Source: an uncultured virus (IMG/VR IMGVR_UViG_3300043570_003132) (taxonomy: Duplodnaviria > Heunggongvirae > Uroviricota > Caudoviricetes). From it: DNA of 56,725 nt. Positions 19,560-28,486 of the stretch are shown piece by piece; the stretch's first letter is position 1, and each line of letters starts with the position of its first letter. The notes beneath the pieces were generated by a model. That model saw nothing but the letters and a program-made list of their open reading frames with translations. It was not told the DNA's origin and made no database searches. The stretch is taken from positions 62,001-118,725 of IMG/VR virus record IMGVR_UViG_3300043570_003132. One strand, written 5' to 3'. A program made the position numbers and the translations under genes.

Positions 19560-19833
19560 ATAATGTGTATTTTTTTATGATTTCAATACCTTCATCTCGA
19601 TTATTAAAATCTTTTCCAGGTATAAAAACTAACCCTTCATCTGTGTTTTCTTTAGTAATATAGATAGTTGGAATTACATTTTGTTTTGTTTGTTCAACAA
19701 CTTGGTTCCACACTTTTTTATTTTGACTTATCTCTATTTCATTAAATGATATTTGTAACTCATTTAATTCTTTTTTAAGATCATGACAATGTCCACATCC
19801 GTTCATAGTAAACAATACTATATTGTTAGACAT
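19558..19833 (-). CDS. Glutaredoxin/NrdH-like redoxin
   Basis: FTMNGCGHC active site and VIPTI cis-Pro loop; 91 aa. Confidence 0.85.
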   Translation of the reverse strand: MSNNIVLFTMNGCGHCHDLKKELNELQISFNEIEISQNKKVWNQVVEQTKQNVIPTIYITKENTDEGLVFIPGKDFNNRDEGIEIIKKYTL

Positions 19834-19836
19834 ATA

Positions 19837-20142
19837 TTATAATGTATCTAAAATTTTACTATATACACTGTCAACGTTAGCCCCAACTGATCTGTTTATT
19901 AATGTATCCCCCTCGTAAATCATAATGGTAGGTACAGTATTAATACCTAACTCCATTACAGCGTCTTGGTTTTCATCAACATTTACTTTAACAAATGTAA
20001 TATCTGAATATTTGTTAGATAAGTTAGATAATCTTGGTGTTAGTGCTCTACATGGTGAACACCAATCGGCTGTGTACTGAACTAATAATTTTTTTCCTTC
20101 TAATTGTAATTGTGCAACTTGTGCGGATGTTACGTATTCCAT
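19837..20142 (-). CDS. trxA: Thioredoxin
   Basis: YTADWCSPC, FVKVNVDE, GINTVPT. Confidence 0.92.
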   Translation of the reverse strand: MEYVTSAQVAQLQLEGKKLLVQYTADWCSPCRALTPRLSNLSNKYSDITFVKVNVDENQDAVMELGINTVPTIMIYEGDTLINRSVGANVDSVYSKILDTL

Positions 20143-20151
20143 TTTATAATT

Positions 20152-21234
20152 TTAAAATCCTATTTTATTTCCTTTTGGGGATGTTTTATAGACTTCTGTG
20201 TCTATGTTATAAATATCAGCTAAAACCATACCTTCCTCAACTACTTGATTTTTTTCTAAATGTTTTAATAATTTATTGGTTTCCTCCACCGATAACTTCT
20301 CAAACTTATGTTCGGCAATTAAACGACCCTTACGAAGTAGTGCTTGATCAATTTTCTCTCTCTTCATGTTGAAGGTTGCAATAACTTGAATATTTAAACA
20401 ATCCCCCAAAATACCGTCAGTTAGATTAAGGATATTAGATACACCTGCCGGTGACCCGTTACCTTCACGATCACTAATAACTCGTTCAGCATCCTCAATT
20501 ATTAAAACTGAGTTTTTGTGGTCCATCAAGAATGGTATAATAGTTGGTTCAGATAACATCTCCGCCATCGATGGTGGAATGAATAAAATATCTTTATCTT
20601 TAACCAAAGTAGTCAAATGTTTAATATAAGATGTCTTACCAGTACCAGGATCTCCGTGAAGTAAAATTATCCCCTTATCGTTATTTTTATTCAATCTTTC
20701 AACAATAACCTCATGAATCTTATTAAAATCACTTCCATAATTTAATTCTAAATCTGTAGGTGGAACATATAAATCGTATTCTTCAGTATCTAAATGACCC
20801 ATATCACTTTTAACAAGTTGAATATTCGCTTTCTTTTTTGCAACCTCATACTTTTTGAATACACTAAAATCAATTTGTTCTTTAATACCTCCCTTTGTTC
20901 CATCGTAAGCAAATTCAATATGGACATGATTTTCTTTTGGTTCTTTATGTCCTCTACTTGACTTATATGTTCTTACAAAAATTCCCGCAACATCATTCAC
21001 AAATAAAGATTGTGTTGATGATTCATAAGTTTTAGATTTGATATTAATTTTTATAACTTCGGTGAACCCGTTCTTTTTTATTTCTTCAATAATATCAGGT
21101 TCATACAACAAACTTATATCCGTAAACTTTGATGGTAATTTGTCATACTTAATAACATAGTATTGTTCTGTTGGTATTTCATTTCCATAAACGGTATCGT
21201 AAATGGAATAATTAATTGGTAAATTCTTATTCAT
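20152..21234 (-). CDS. AAA+ family ATPase
   Basis: Walker A GDPGTGKT, Walker B LIIEDAE, LNLTDG and second region of homology DQALLRKGR. Confidence 0.9.
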   Translation of the reverse strand: MNKNLPINYSIYDTVYGNEIPTEQYYVIKYDKLPSKFTDISLLYEPDIIEEIKKNGFTEVIKINIKSKTYESSTQSLFVNDVAGIFVRTYKSSRGHKEPKENHVHIEFAYDGTKGGIKEQIDFSVFKKYEVAKKKANIQLVKSDMGHLDTEEYDLYVPPTDLELNYGSDFNKIHEVIVERLNKNNDKGIILLHGDPGTGKTSYIKHLTTLVKDKDILFIPPSMAEMLSEPTIIPFLMDHKNSVLIIEDAERVISDREGNGSPAGVSNILNLTDGILGDCLNIQVIATFNMKREKIDQALLRKGRLIAEHKFEKLSVEETNKLLKHLEKNQVVEEGMVLADIYNIDTEVYKTSPKGNKIGF

Positions 21235-21242
21235 ATAATATT

Positions 21243-21578
21243 TTAATTAAGACAAATTGAACCGAAATTGGAGAATTCAATAAACACCCCATTATCGTAA
21301 TCAAAGTCTTCTTTTTTAAATTGTATTCCGTTTTTAAATTTTGTTTTATTAATGACACTAATCGCCGCAATTGTTTTTCTTAATAATTCAAATTGTTCTC
21401 TGTCCAATGTTGCTGTTCCATTTTTTTCATAGTTCTTCTGTGCAATCTCAGTCATATGTTTGTAAAACAATTCTTCATCTGAATTACTTAAAAAAAATTC
21501 TTTTGCTTCTAAATTGGTTTCAAAGTAATTTTTAACCGATTGAAGATATATTAAAACTTCAGGCGATAATTTATCCAT
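21243..21578 (-). CDS. Hypothetical protein (111 aa)
   Basis: ORF in operon context, 1-bp overlap with nusG. Confidence 0.7.
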   Translation of the reverse strand: MDKLSPEVLIYLQSVKNYFETNLEAKEFFLSNSDEELFYKHMTEIAQKNYEKNGTATLDREQFELLRKTIAAISVINKTKFKNGIQFKKEDFDYDNGVFIEFSNFGSICLN

Positions 21579-22102
21579 TAAGGTTTCTGTATTTGGTCCA
21601 AAGTTAACGAAACTGCAGTATTTCTTCCAAATATTTTTATTTCTACGTCAACACGATCACCTTTTACTTCTTTAATAATACCACTAAATTCTTTGAATGG
21701 TCCTTCACATACTATAATAGATTCTCCAGTATCAAATTTTAATTTTTTACTTTCAATATGTTCTTCTAACGTATCATCTTTCAATATACGTCTAACGTCA
21801 GTATCTTTTAATAACATTGGCATCCTATCACCCATCATACCCATAATATTAGGTATTAAAGATATTACCTTCAAATCATCATTTTCTAATTGTTTAAGAG
21901 ATTCAAAATAAAGATATCCACTATATAATACTTTTTCTCTAATAACTTTTTTATTTTTAACTACAACGAATTCTTTCTCAGTAGGACAAACAAATCTTAC
22001 AATTTTATTTATTCTACCTAAACCAATATCTTTATTGAATTGTTCAGTTAATGATCTTTCTTTACCGGGTAAAACTTTTACCACGTACCATGCTGTATTC
22101 AT
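21578..22102 (-). CDS. nusG: Transcription elongation/antitermination factor NusG family
   Basis: NGN domain (WYVVKVLPGKE, YSGYLY) plus KOW domain (GESIIVCEGPFKEFSGII...IKIFGRNT). Confidence 0.92.
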   Translation of the reverse strand: MNTAWYVVKVLPGKERSLTEQFNKDIGLGRINKIVRFVCPTEKEFVVVKNKKVIREKVLYSGYLYFESLKQLENDDLKVISLIPNIMGMMGDRMPMLLKDTDVRRILKDDTLEEHIESKKLKFDTGESIIVCEGPFKEFSGIIKEVKGDRVDVEIKIFGRNTAVSLTLDQIQKP

Positions 22103-22107
22103 GTCCT

Positions 22108-23121
22108 TTATTTTATATCCTTTAATTTATTCTTTAGTTCCGTTTCTAATTTTTTTAATCTTTTTTCTTCTTCTTTTCTTTCTTTTTCTACTTGTCTTGC
22201 CTTTTTTAAAATATCTCTTATTTTTCTTTCTTCTATCAATCTGTGTTTTTTCTCTTCTTTACCTTCAACTTGTGGAGCCTTATAATTCATAATCAATAAT
22301 TCCGTTCCTTCATTTTGTGTTCCGTCTTTCTTAGCTGCGGCCGCTTTCTTAAAATTCTCGGTTCTCCATTCAAATTGATCTTTTGGAAACCATTCAACTA
22401 ATTGAGGGAAATTGTAATATGATAAACTAAATTTACCTTCAATACTTTTCATACACTCCGCTAATCTAATATGATCGTTAACATCAAAATCGTGATTAGA
22501 ATAATAGTTCTCAGTTTTCCAATATGGTGGATCCATATAGAAATATGTTGTCGGTGAATCATATTGTTTTACAACATCACAAAAATCTTTGTTCTCAACA
22601 AAACTAATACGATCAATGTGTTCTCTATATTTTGGGTTCTTTAACTTATCCATAAAAATTAAAACCTTACAACGATAGGCACCTTTATAATCTGTATATG
22701 AAGATGTTTCAGGTTTTGACCCTGAGAATACTTGTGTCAACACATACACATACTTACAAGTTATTTCTAAACTATTCTCTTCTGTTATAACTAATTCAGG
22801 ATTAAATACTTCTTTCTGATATTGATTAAACATTTGTTCATATTCAGGTGGTGTGTCTTCAACTCCAACCGTTTGACATGGGTACGTCGATAACGCCTGA
22901 TGTAAAACATCATATTGTTTCGTCCACTTCATTAAGTTTGCATTAAGACGATTAAAGTCATTATAAACGACCGTTTTTAGATTTGGGAACTTGTCCAAAT
23001 CCATATTAAAGAATACCCAAAACATACCACTAAAACCTTCTACGTATGTTTCAATATCTGTGGGTATATGTGGAACAATCCATTTACCTATTCGTGCCTT
23101 TCCTCCAATGTAACTAATCAT
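22108..23121 (-). CDS. D12-class (Dam-like) N6-adenine DNA methyltransferase
   Basis: YIGGK, YVEGFSG, VYNDFN and FYMDPPY motifs; extra charged C-terminal tail. Confidence 0.9.
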   Translation of the reverse strand: MISYIGGKARIGKWIVPHIPTDIETYVEGFSGMFWVFFNMDLDKFPNLKTVVYNDFNRLNANLMKWTKQYDVLHQALSTYPCQTVGVEDTPPEYEQMFNQYQKEVFNPELVITEENSLEITCKYVYVLTQVFSGSKPETSSYTDYKGAYRCKVLIFMDKLKNPKYREHIDRISFVENKDFCDVVKQYDSPTTYFYMDPPYWKTENYYSNHDFDVNDHIRLAECMKSIEGKFSLSYYNFPQLVEWFPKDQFEWRTENFKKAAAAKKDGTQNEGTELLIMNYKAPQVEGKEEKKHRLIEERKIRDILKKARQVEKERKEEEKRLKKLETELKNKLKDIK

Positions 23122-23193
23122 TAATCATTTATTTATATCAAAAAATATAACCAAAATATTTGATAAAGAGAAATTTAAAGTATATATTTTATT

Positions 23194-23334
23194 ATGGCTT
23201 GTAAAACATGTAAAGAAAAGGGTGACATCAAAGATGCTGGTAGTTTTGTACCTACAGGAGTTATCGTATTTGCGATAATTTGGACCTGTTTTGGTATCTA
23301 TGGTGTTTATTCTTTAATTCATAAATTTCTATGA
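23194..23334 (+). CDS. Small CxxC single-pass membrane protein (46 aa)
   Basis: Manually translated MACKTCKEKGDIKDAGSFVPTGVIVFAIIWTCFGIYGVYSLIHKFL*; ATGA overlap with the next gene. Confidence 0.7.
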   Translation: MACKTCKEKGDIKDAGSFVPTGVIVFAIIWTCFGIYGVYSLIHKFL

Positions 23335-23969
23335 AAAAGGGAAAATATTTTATAGTTCTTTTTTGTAATAAAAAAAGAGTCAAAGTATTATACCGTTGTA
23401 TGAAAAGAACCACCGTATATGAATATTGGAGGGAATTTAAAACACAGCGTGTACCTCCATTTCTAAAAGTACAGGGTAGTAAACGCAAACAGGAGTTAGT
23501 ATATGAGATTGCTTTAATCTTCCCAAATAACCGTTGGGCAACTGCAACATACGTTAAAGATAGTTTGGGTAGGAATACAAAAGCTAAGATTGAAGACGAT
23601 AAATTTCGTATCAAAGAAATCTTACCATATTGGCAAGAAGAGTTAATCTATGATCTTCAAACAAAGAAAAGAATCAGATATCATGAGATGGTGGATAAAA
23701 TTCTACCGATAACTGAAATTACTCAAATATTCACTTTAAATAAAAATCTATTTGTTCAGATTGAGGATGACGTTAAAATGTATGGAAATAAAAACCTTAA
23801 TGACTCTGACAGATTATTTGAATTACTAAAACAGGATCTACTTAAAAAGAAAAAGACGAACTTTATGTTCGTCAAAGACATTACAACCTATCAAAGAAAA
23901 CAATTATATAAATTGTTAGAGTCTAAAGGATTCAATAGACGTGAATTATTTAGACATTACTCATATTAA
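23331..23969 (+). CDS. Basic hypothetical protein (212 aa)
   Basis: Only long non-shadow plus-strand ORF; occupies otherwise empty space. Confidence 0.8.
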   Translation: MKKGKYFIVLFCNKKRVKVLYRCMKRTTVYEYWREFKTQRVPPFLKVQGSKRKQELVYEIALIFPNNRWATATYVKDSLGRNTKAKIEDDKFRIKEILPYWQEELIYDLQTKKRIRYHEMVDKILPITEITQIFTLNKNLFVQIEDDVKMYGNKNLNDSDRLFELLKQDLLKKKKTNFMFVKDITTYQRKQLYKLLESKGFNRRELFRHYSY

Positions 23970-24183
23970 AGATAATATCTACTTCACCTATACTAATTGT
24001 AAATGTTTCTTCTGGTTTTTCAATTCTTCTTCCGTATTTTTTTTGTATAACATTAAACGCAATTAAAAATTCTTCCTCTTTTAAGTTTAATACAATAGTT
24101 TTTGATTCTGTATTTGTGTTTAACTTTTCTAATAAGTCACTTATAATAGCCAATTGATTTAATAACTCACCTTTTTTTTCCAT
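23950..24183 (-). CDS. Hypothetical protein (77 aa)
   Basis: ORF track, operon context. Confidence 0.65.
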   Translation of the reverse strand: MEKKGELLNQLAIISDLLEKLNTNTESKTIVLNLKEEEFLIAFNVIQKKYGRRIEKPEETFTISIGEVDIIFNMSNV

Positions 24184-24364
24184 AACCTAATATCTTTAAT
24201 AATTTATCTATTATAGATACTTTCTTTTTTGGTTTAAACAACTCTTCCTTATTAATTTTTTTTATTTCATCAATCATCCTCGTCTTCTGTATCTCCACTT
24301 CCTTCTGATCCTTCTTCATTTCCTTGTCCAGCCAATTCAATCCCTGTTGTAATTTCTTGTCCAT
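24167..24364 (-). CDS. Lys-rich hypothetical protein (65 aa)
   Basis: ORF track; amphipathic helical sequence overlapping both neighbours. Confidence 0.6.
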   Translation of the reverse strand: MDKKLQQGLNWLDKEMKKDQKEVEIQKTRMIDEIKKINKEELFKPKKKVSIIDKLLKILGYGKKR

Positions 24365-24725
24365 AATTATCAGTTAGATTTATCTCTTTTAATTTATCTA
24401 AAGTTTCTGTTTTAAATAATTCTTGTAATTCTTTTACTTTTTGGTGGAATAACTTTTGTTTTTCTTCTTCCTCCTTATTATATTTAAATATTTCATCCGC
24501 ACACGCAAATACAACGTCGTAACCTTCTTGAGTTGCTTGTGAGATAAACGATACTAAATTAAATTTATCGTTTTTATCCTGTACTTTTAAAGTAACAGTT
24601 CTATATGGTTTTACTATATCTTCATACTTCCAAGATAAAGGTACTTTAATGTCTAAACTAACATTATTTTGTATCTCTCTTAAAGAATGAAAGTGTGGTC
24701 TTAATGATTTTATTTCTTCAAACAC
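24270..24725 (-). CDS. Hypothetical protein with coiled coil and acidic tail (151 aa)
   Basis: ORF track (GTG start). Confidence 0.7.
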   Translation of the reverse strand: MFEEIKSLRPHFHSLREIQNNVSLDIKVPLSWKYEDIVKPYRTVTLKVQDKNDKFNLVSFISQATQEGYDVVFACADEIFKYNKEEEEKQKLFHQKVKELQELFKTETLDKLKEINLTDNYGQEITTGIELAGQGNEEGSEGSGDTEDEDD

Positions 24726-24729
24726 GGTA

Positions 24730-24912
24730 TTAAATTAAAATGTAGGTTATTATATATGAAGATGCCACTAATAGGATTATTTGTTCCACATTAGATAATT
24801 TCATAGGTTCAGGGTTTTCTTGAAATAATTTTACAATAAATTCAAGTAAAAATTTTGTAAGATATAATATACTTAATACAAAAAAGAAAAGTTTAATTTG
24901 TTGCATCATCAT
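24730..24912 (-). CDS. Small two-TM membrane protein (60 aa)
   Basis: Two hydrophobic segments. Confidence 0.6.
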   Translation of the reverse strand: MMMQQIKLFFFVLSILYLTKFLLEFIVKLFQENPEPMKLSNVEQIILLVASSYIITYILI

Positions 24913-25084
24913 GTTGTTTCATTTCATCAAGGATCTCTTTTCTGTAGACTCCAATTAATTGTTTTATTTCTTGGGCGTATTTTCTTGCTCTAATAGAAGC
25001 ACTTCTGTTACCCTTTCCATAAACCTTCTCCGTGTCAACTTTCATCTTCATGAAAAGTTCGTCAATTTTTTTTAAGGTTTCCAT
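24893..25084 (-). CDS. Histone H1-like (Hc1-family) small basic protein
   Basis: KGNRSASIRARK motif resembles the GNK(A/S)AGxRARK core of Hc1-like proteins of Bacteroidota/Chlamydia. Confidence 0.6.
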   Translation of the reverse strand: METLKKIDELFMKMKVDTEKVYGKGNRSASIRARKYAQEIKQLIGVYRKEILDEMKQHDDATN

Positions 25085-25123
25085 ATTTTATTACGATTTT
25101 AATATCAATATATGGAAAAAAAT

Positions 25124-25579
25124 TCACTTTTTCAAGTTTTGTTCTAACAATTTGTATAATTCCGTTAACATATCCAGTTCAGATCTGGTTTTTCGGTGAA
25201 CAAAGTCAAAAAGTACATAAAAATATTCTGGTATTCTTATTGTATTTTCTAAATTCTTAGGGTAATAATAAGCCTCTAAATAGAAATTCCACATATATTC
25301 ATATGCGTTACCCCTTTCTTTAAAATAAATTTTTTCTTTACTAAAACTATCCACCGCTTTATCCCAACACCATGTAAAATGGTTCATTTGATCATCGGTT
25401 GTTTTAACCGCATCGGGACCTAAATAAGTTTCTTCGATTAAATTATATAGTGAAATAAGAAAATCATAGAAAAGTTCAGTTTTTTCTCTACTAATATTGT
25501 ATGCCCTATACCATACATCAATTTGTTGTTTGTAATTTTCCGAGCCAATAAACTCTAAATAATTCTCTTTATTTTCCAT
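25124..25579 (-). CDS. Hypothetical protein (aromatic-rich, ~151 aa)
   Basis: ORF track; ATG at 25579 preferred because it lies downstream of TATATTTG. Confidence 0.75.
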   Translation of the reverse strand: MENKENYLEFIGSENYKQQIDVWYRAYNISREKTELFYDFLISLYNLIEETYLGPDAVKTTDDQMNHFTWCWDKAVDSFSKEKIYFKERGNAYEYMWNFYLEAYYYPKNLENTIRIPEYFYVLFDFVHRKTRSELDMLTELYKLLEQNLKK

Positions 25580-25594
25580 AACTTTATTATAATA

Positions 25595-25602
25595 CAAATA
25601 TA
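25595..25602 (-). promoter_or_regulatory. Bacteroidota-type -7 promoter element TATATTTG
   Basis: Matches the TAnnTTTG consensus, 15 nt upstream of the ATG. Confidence 0.55.
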
Positions 25603-25629
25603 AAGATTAATGAAAAGATTTAAAAGGTA

Positions 25630-26877
25630 TTATTGAGTTTTTTCGTTGTATTTAAACATTTTCTTCATCTTCTCAACTTCTTCGTTGATTGATTTAGATT
25701 TAACCGGAACGGCTTGTTTGGTATATAACTCTCTACTATCCTTATCCTTTTGTCTGTCTTTAACTTGTTTTTCAATTCCTTTAGCCGTTTCAGGTGTTGG
25801 TATTACATTACCATCTTTATCTTTAGGTTCTTCTCCAAGTTTAGATCCATTAGATGGTTTAACATCTGTCTTTTCTGTTGTTGGGGCATTACCAGTTGTT
25901 GAATGTCCCTCAATTGATTTCTTTAATCTATCTTTAAATTGTTGAGATGGTTCAATATCGTAATCTAAGTTTTCTAAACCTGCGAAGTTTTTCTTAATTT
26001 CATCTTCTTGTGCTGGTGTGTTCTTTCTTGCAACCTTTTCACCTTTACCAATTGCCTTAGGAAATTCAGGGTTATCGTTACCATCAAATTTCATTGTTGC
26101 CGCTATTTTCTTTTCAACTGCAGCAATATTAGCCTTGTTTTCTTTACCACTTTCAGTGTGTGATTTTTTAGCCGCATCTAAACCAGGTATTGATTCACTA
26201 ACCATTTTAGCAATCATATTAGTTAATTCAGTTTCAGTTAAACGTATTGTCTTCTTTTTTGATTCATACATACCACCACCACATTCACACATTTCTTTAC
26301 CACATTTTTCACAACTTTTCTTTTCTTCACCCATTTCATTAGGTGTTTCTTCACCTTTATCTACATAACTATGTTTTTTTCTTCTACCTCTTAACATTTC
26401 TTCAAAATCATCTCCACCTTCTTCCTCTTCTTCCATATAAGAACCACCACACTCTTCACAGTCTTCTTCCTCTTTTACGTCATATTCTTTATCACCAACT
26501 TTAAATTCTTTATCACCTTTTAATTTAGCGGCAGCTAATGCTCCACCAAACGCATTTCCTTCTTCCGGTTGCATTTCTGTATTTTCCATATTGTCTGTTT
26601 CTTCTAATTGATCATTCATTTCGTCTAATTTATCTAACATGTCGTGATGTGATTCATAAACACCTTTCTCAATGATAAGTTCTTTACCTGGATGCATTTC
26701 TTTAAATTTATCCATATCATTTTCAGCCTCTTCTTGACTATTATAAGTACCTAAAGGAATTCCCTCACATTTGATGTGATACACTTCTTTATTACCTTCA
26801 GACTCTTCAATTATAGTTTTTCTAACTTCGTCAGTAACTATACTTTCTATTAGTTGTTTTATTTCACTTACTTTCAT
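25630..26877 (-). CDS. Glu/Lys-rich putative prohead core/internal head protein (415 aa)
   Basis: KKTIRLTETELTNMIAKMVSES and EGNAFGGALAAAK motifs, many (I/L/V)xE sites, preceded by TATTTATA; function inferred. Confidence 0.55.
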   Translation of the reverse strand: MKVSEIKQLIESIVTDEVRKTIIEESEGNKEVYHIKCEGIPLGTYNSQEEAENDMDKFKEMHPGKELIIEKGVYESHHDMLDKLDEMNDQLEETDNMENTEMQPEEGNAFGGALAAAKLKGDKEFKVGDKEYDVKEEEDCEECGGSYMEEEEEGGDDFEEMLRGRRKKHSYVDKGEETPNEMGEEKKSCEKCGKEMCECGGGMYESKKKTIRLTETELTNMIAKMVSESIPGLDAAKKSHTESGKENKANIAAVEKKIAATMKFDGNDNPEFPKAIGKGEKVARKNTPAQEDEIKKNFAGLENLDYDIEPSQQFKDRLKKSIEGHSTTGNAPTTEKTDVKPSNGSKLGEEPKDKDGNVIPTPETAKGIEKQVKDRQKDKDSRELYTKQAVPVKSKSINEEVEKMKKMFKYNEKTQ

Positions 26878-26879
26878 AT

Positions 26880-27725
26880 CTATATAAATATATCTTTAAT
26901 CTCATTTAATACGATATTTTCCACTTGTTTACGTGGTAAACCGTATGTTTTTGAGATTTCGTTTATTATTTGTTGTATTTCTTTGTCTTCATTAACGTAT
27001 TCAATTGCTCCCGTATTACCTTGATTACAATAAGGAAACTTCTTACATTTCTCTTTTACCTTAACAAAAACACTATCTGGTCCTCCCCATTTAGGGAAAT
27101 TCTTATCCTTGACCGCTCTACCTTTATAGATACTGTCAGGTCCGTCAATCTTCAATGGGTCTTTACGACCACCAGAGGTTGATTTACCGAACGCAGGGAC
27201 ATCAAATGCACCTGAAGAACTTGAATCTGTTACTTCCCCTAATTCTTGTTCGTTTGGTTCAAAATTAGGTATTTTAGATATTTTTCTTTTAATCACATCT
27301 CCATCTCCACCAAACGCCGATCCTTCAAAAGAACCTGACGAATCTGCACCTGTTTCTTTTACTTCTTCTTTCTTTTTTGTCATATCCACGACCCACAATT
27401 TGGGGTTAATACCTTTACCAATTAAACCAGCAAGTCTTGTATTACCACCTAAAAGGTCATAATCGTTCTCACCAAATTTAACTACCATTGGTATTTCAAC
27501 TTCACCCTCTTTAAAATGCTTTTCAAATCTTTTTTTCTTTTCATCCTCAAGTGTATCATAATCTAAATCCACATTATTCAATACTTCTTTAATTGAATTA
27601 AAATTAGAAATTTCAAAATCTTTAGATGCTTTCTCTAACCACTTGTCCTTACCCATCTTTTCAAATTCACGGTAACGAAGAGCCTCACTCCACTCATGTT
27701 CAAAGTTTGGTTTAGAATACTTCAT
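26880..27725 (-). CDS. Hypothetical protein with ParB/Srx-like N-terminal motif (281 aa)
   Basis: IPMVVK...YDLLGGNTRL resembles the ParB/sulfiredoxin GxxR motif; two SSG(S/A)F..xAFG repeats. Confidence 0.55.
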   Translation of the reverse strand: MKYSKPNFEHEWSEALRYREFEKMGKDKWLEKASKDFEISNFNSIKEVLNNVDLDYDTLEDEKKKRFEKHFKEGEVEIPMVVKFGENDYDLLGGNTRLAGLIGKGINPKLWVVDMTKKKEEVKETGADSSGSFEGSAFGGDGDVIKRKISKIPNFEPNEQELGEVTDSSSSGAFDVPAFGKSTSGGRKDPLKIDGPDSIYKGRAVKDKNFPKWGGPDSVFVKVKEKCKKFPYCNQGNTGAIEYVNEDKEIQQIINEISKTYGLPRKQVENIVLNEIKDIFI

Positions 27726-27964
27726 TATTTAACAGATTTTAAAGCAGTTTCCCAAAATGATTTTCTCTGCCATAGGGTCTTGAATAATTCAACTACTACT
27801 TTGGTTGATAAATCAATTATTTTATCGTCTATCTTTTTTGTTCCTAACTCGTCTTGAATCATCTTCACAACAATCTTATGGGCCTGTGTTGTGTCCATAA
27901 AAGATTTAATCTCTTTCTTTGTGATATTCTCAATCTCTCTCTTGTCTTGATCTGTTAGTGCCAT
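27725..27964 (-). CDS. Hypothetical protein (79 aa)
   Basis: ORF track, 1-bp overlap with the downstream gene. Confidence 0.7.
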   Translation of the reverse strand: MALTDQDKREIENITKKEIKSFMDTTQAHKIVVKMIQDELGTKKIDDKIIDLSTKVVVELFKTLWQRKSFWETALKSVK

Positions 27965-27967
27965 TTA

Positions 27968-28486
27968 TTAGTTAGTTTTTCTCTCTTGTATTAATGGATT
28001 CATTGCAGTTTCAAATGTTTCTTGAAACTTAGCTAATTTTTCTAATTCATTTGCAACGTCTTGTTCCAATTTTAACATATCAGCATTGATATATGCTCCT
28101 GACTCTTTACCCGCAATAAAAACAAAACTAATGTCTTGATCAGTTAATGAACCATCTAATCTAACTTGATCGGGAGCAATTGTAATACCAGGAGTAAAGT
28201 CGGCAATTTGTGAAACTTGTTGTTTAAAATTATCAATTAACTGAGATATAGCTGTTTTTTCACTATCTTGTAATGTTAAGTCCGCCTCATCTGAAGAATT
28301 CATTTTAATTTCAACATCATTTACTACCATGACGTCATTCTTAAGATTTTCTTCGGATTTATCCACCTCAGGTGATTGGAATCCAACTGCCTCGTTTAAT
28401 GTTCTATTTGATGCCTTTGATTCTGTTATAGTCCTAATGGTCTTTAACATACCTTTCATTACATCGTAATCATTTTTAGTTTTCAT
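27968..28486 (-). CDS. Hypothetical protein (~172 aa), possible head protein
   Basis: ORF track; start likely at MKTKND; TATTTATA at 28535. Confidence 0.7.
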   Translation of the reverse strand: MKTKNDYDVMKGMLKTIRTITESKASNRTLNEAVGFQSPEVDKSEENLKNDVMVVNDVEIKMNSSDEADLTLQDSEKTAISQLIDNFKQQVSQIADFTPGITIAPDQVRLDGSLTDQDISFVFIAGKESGAYINADMLKLEQDVANELEKLAKFQETFETAMNPLIQERKTN

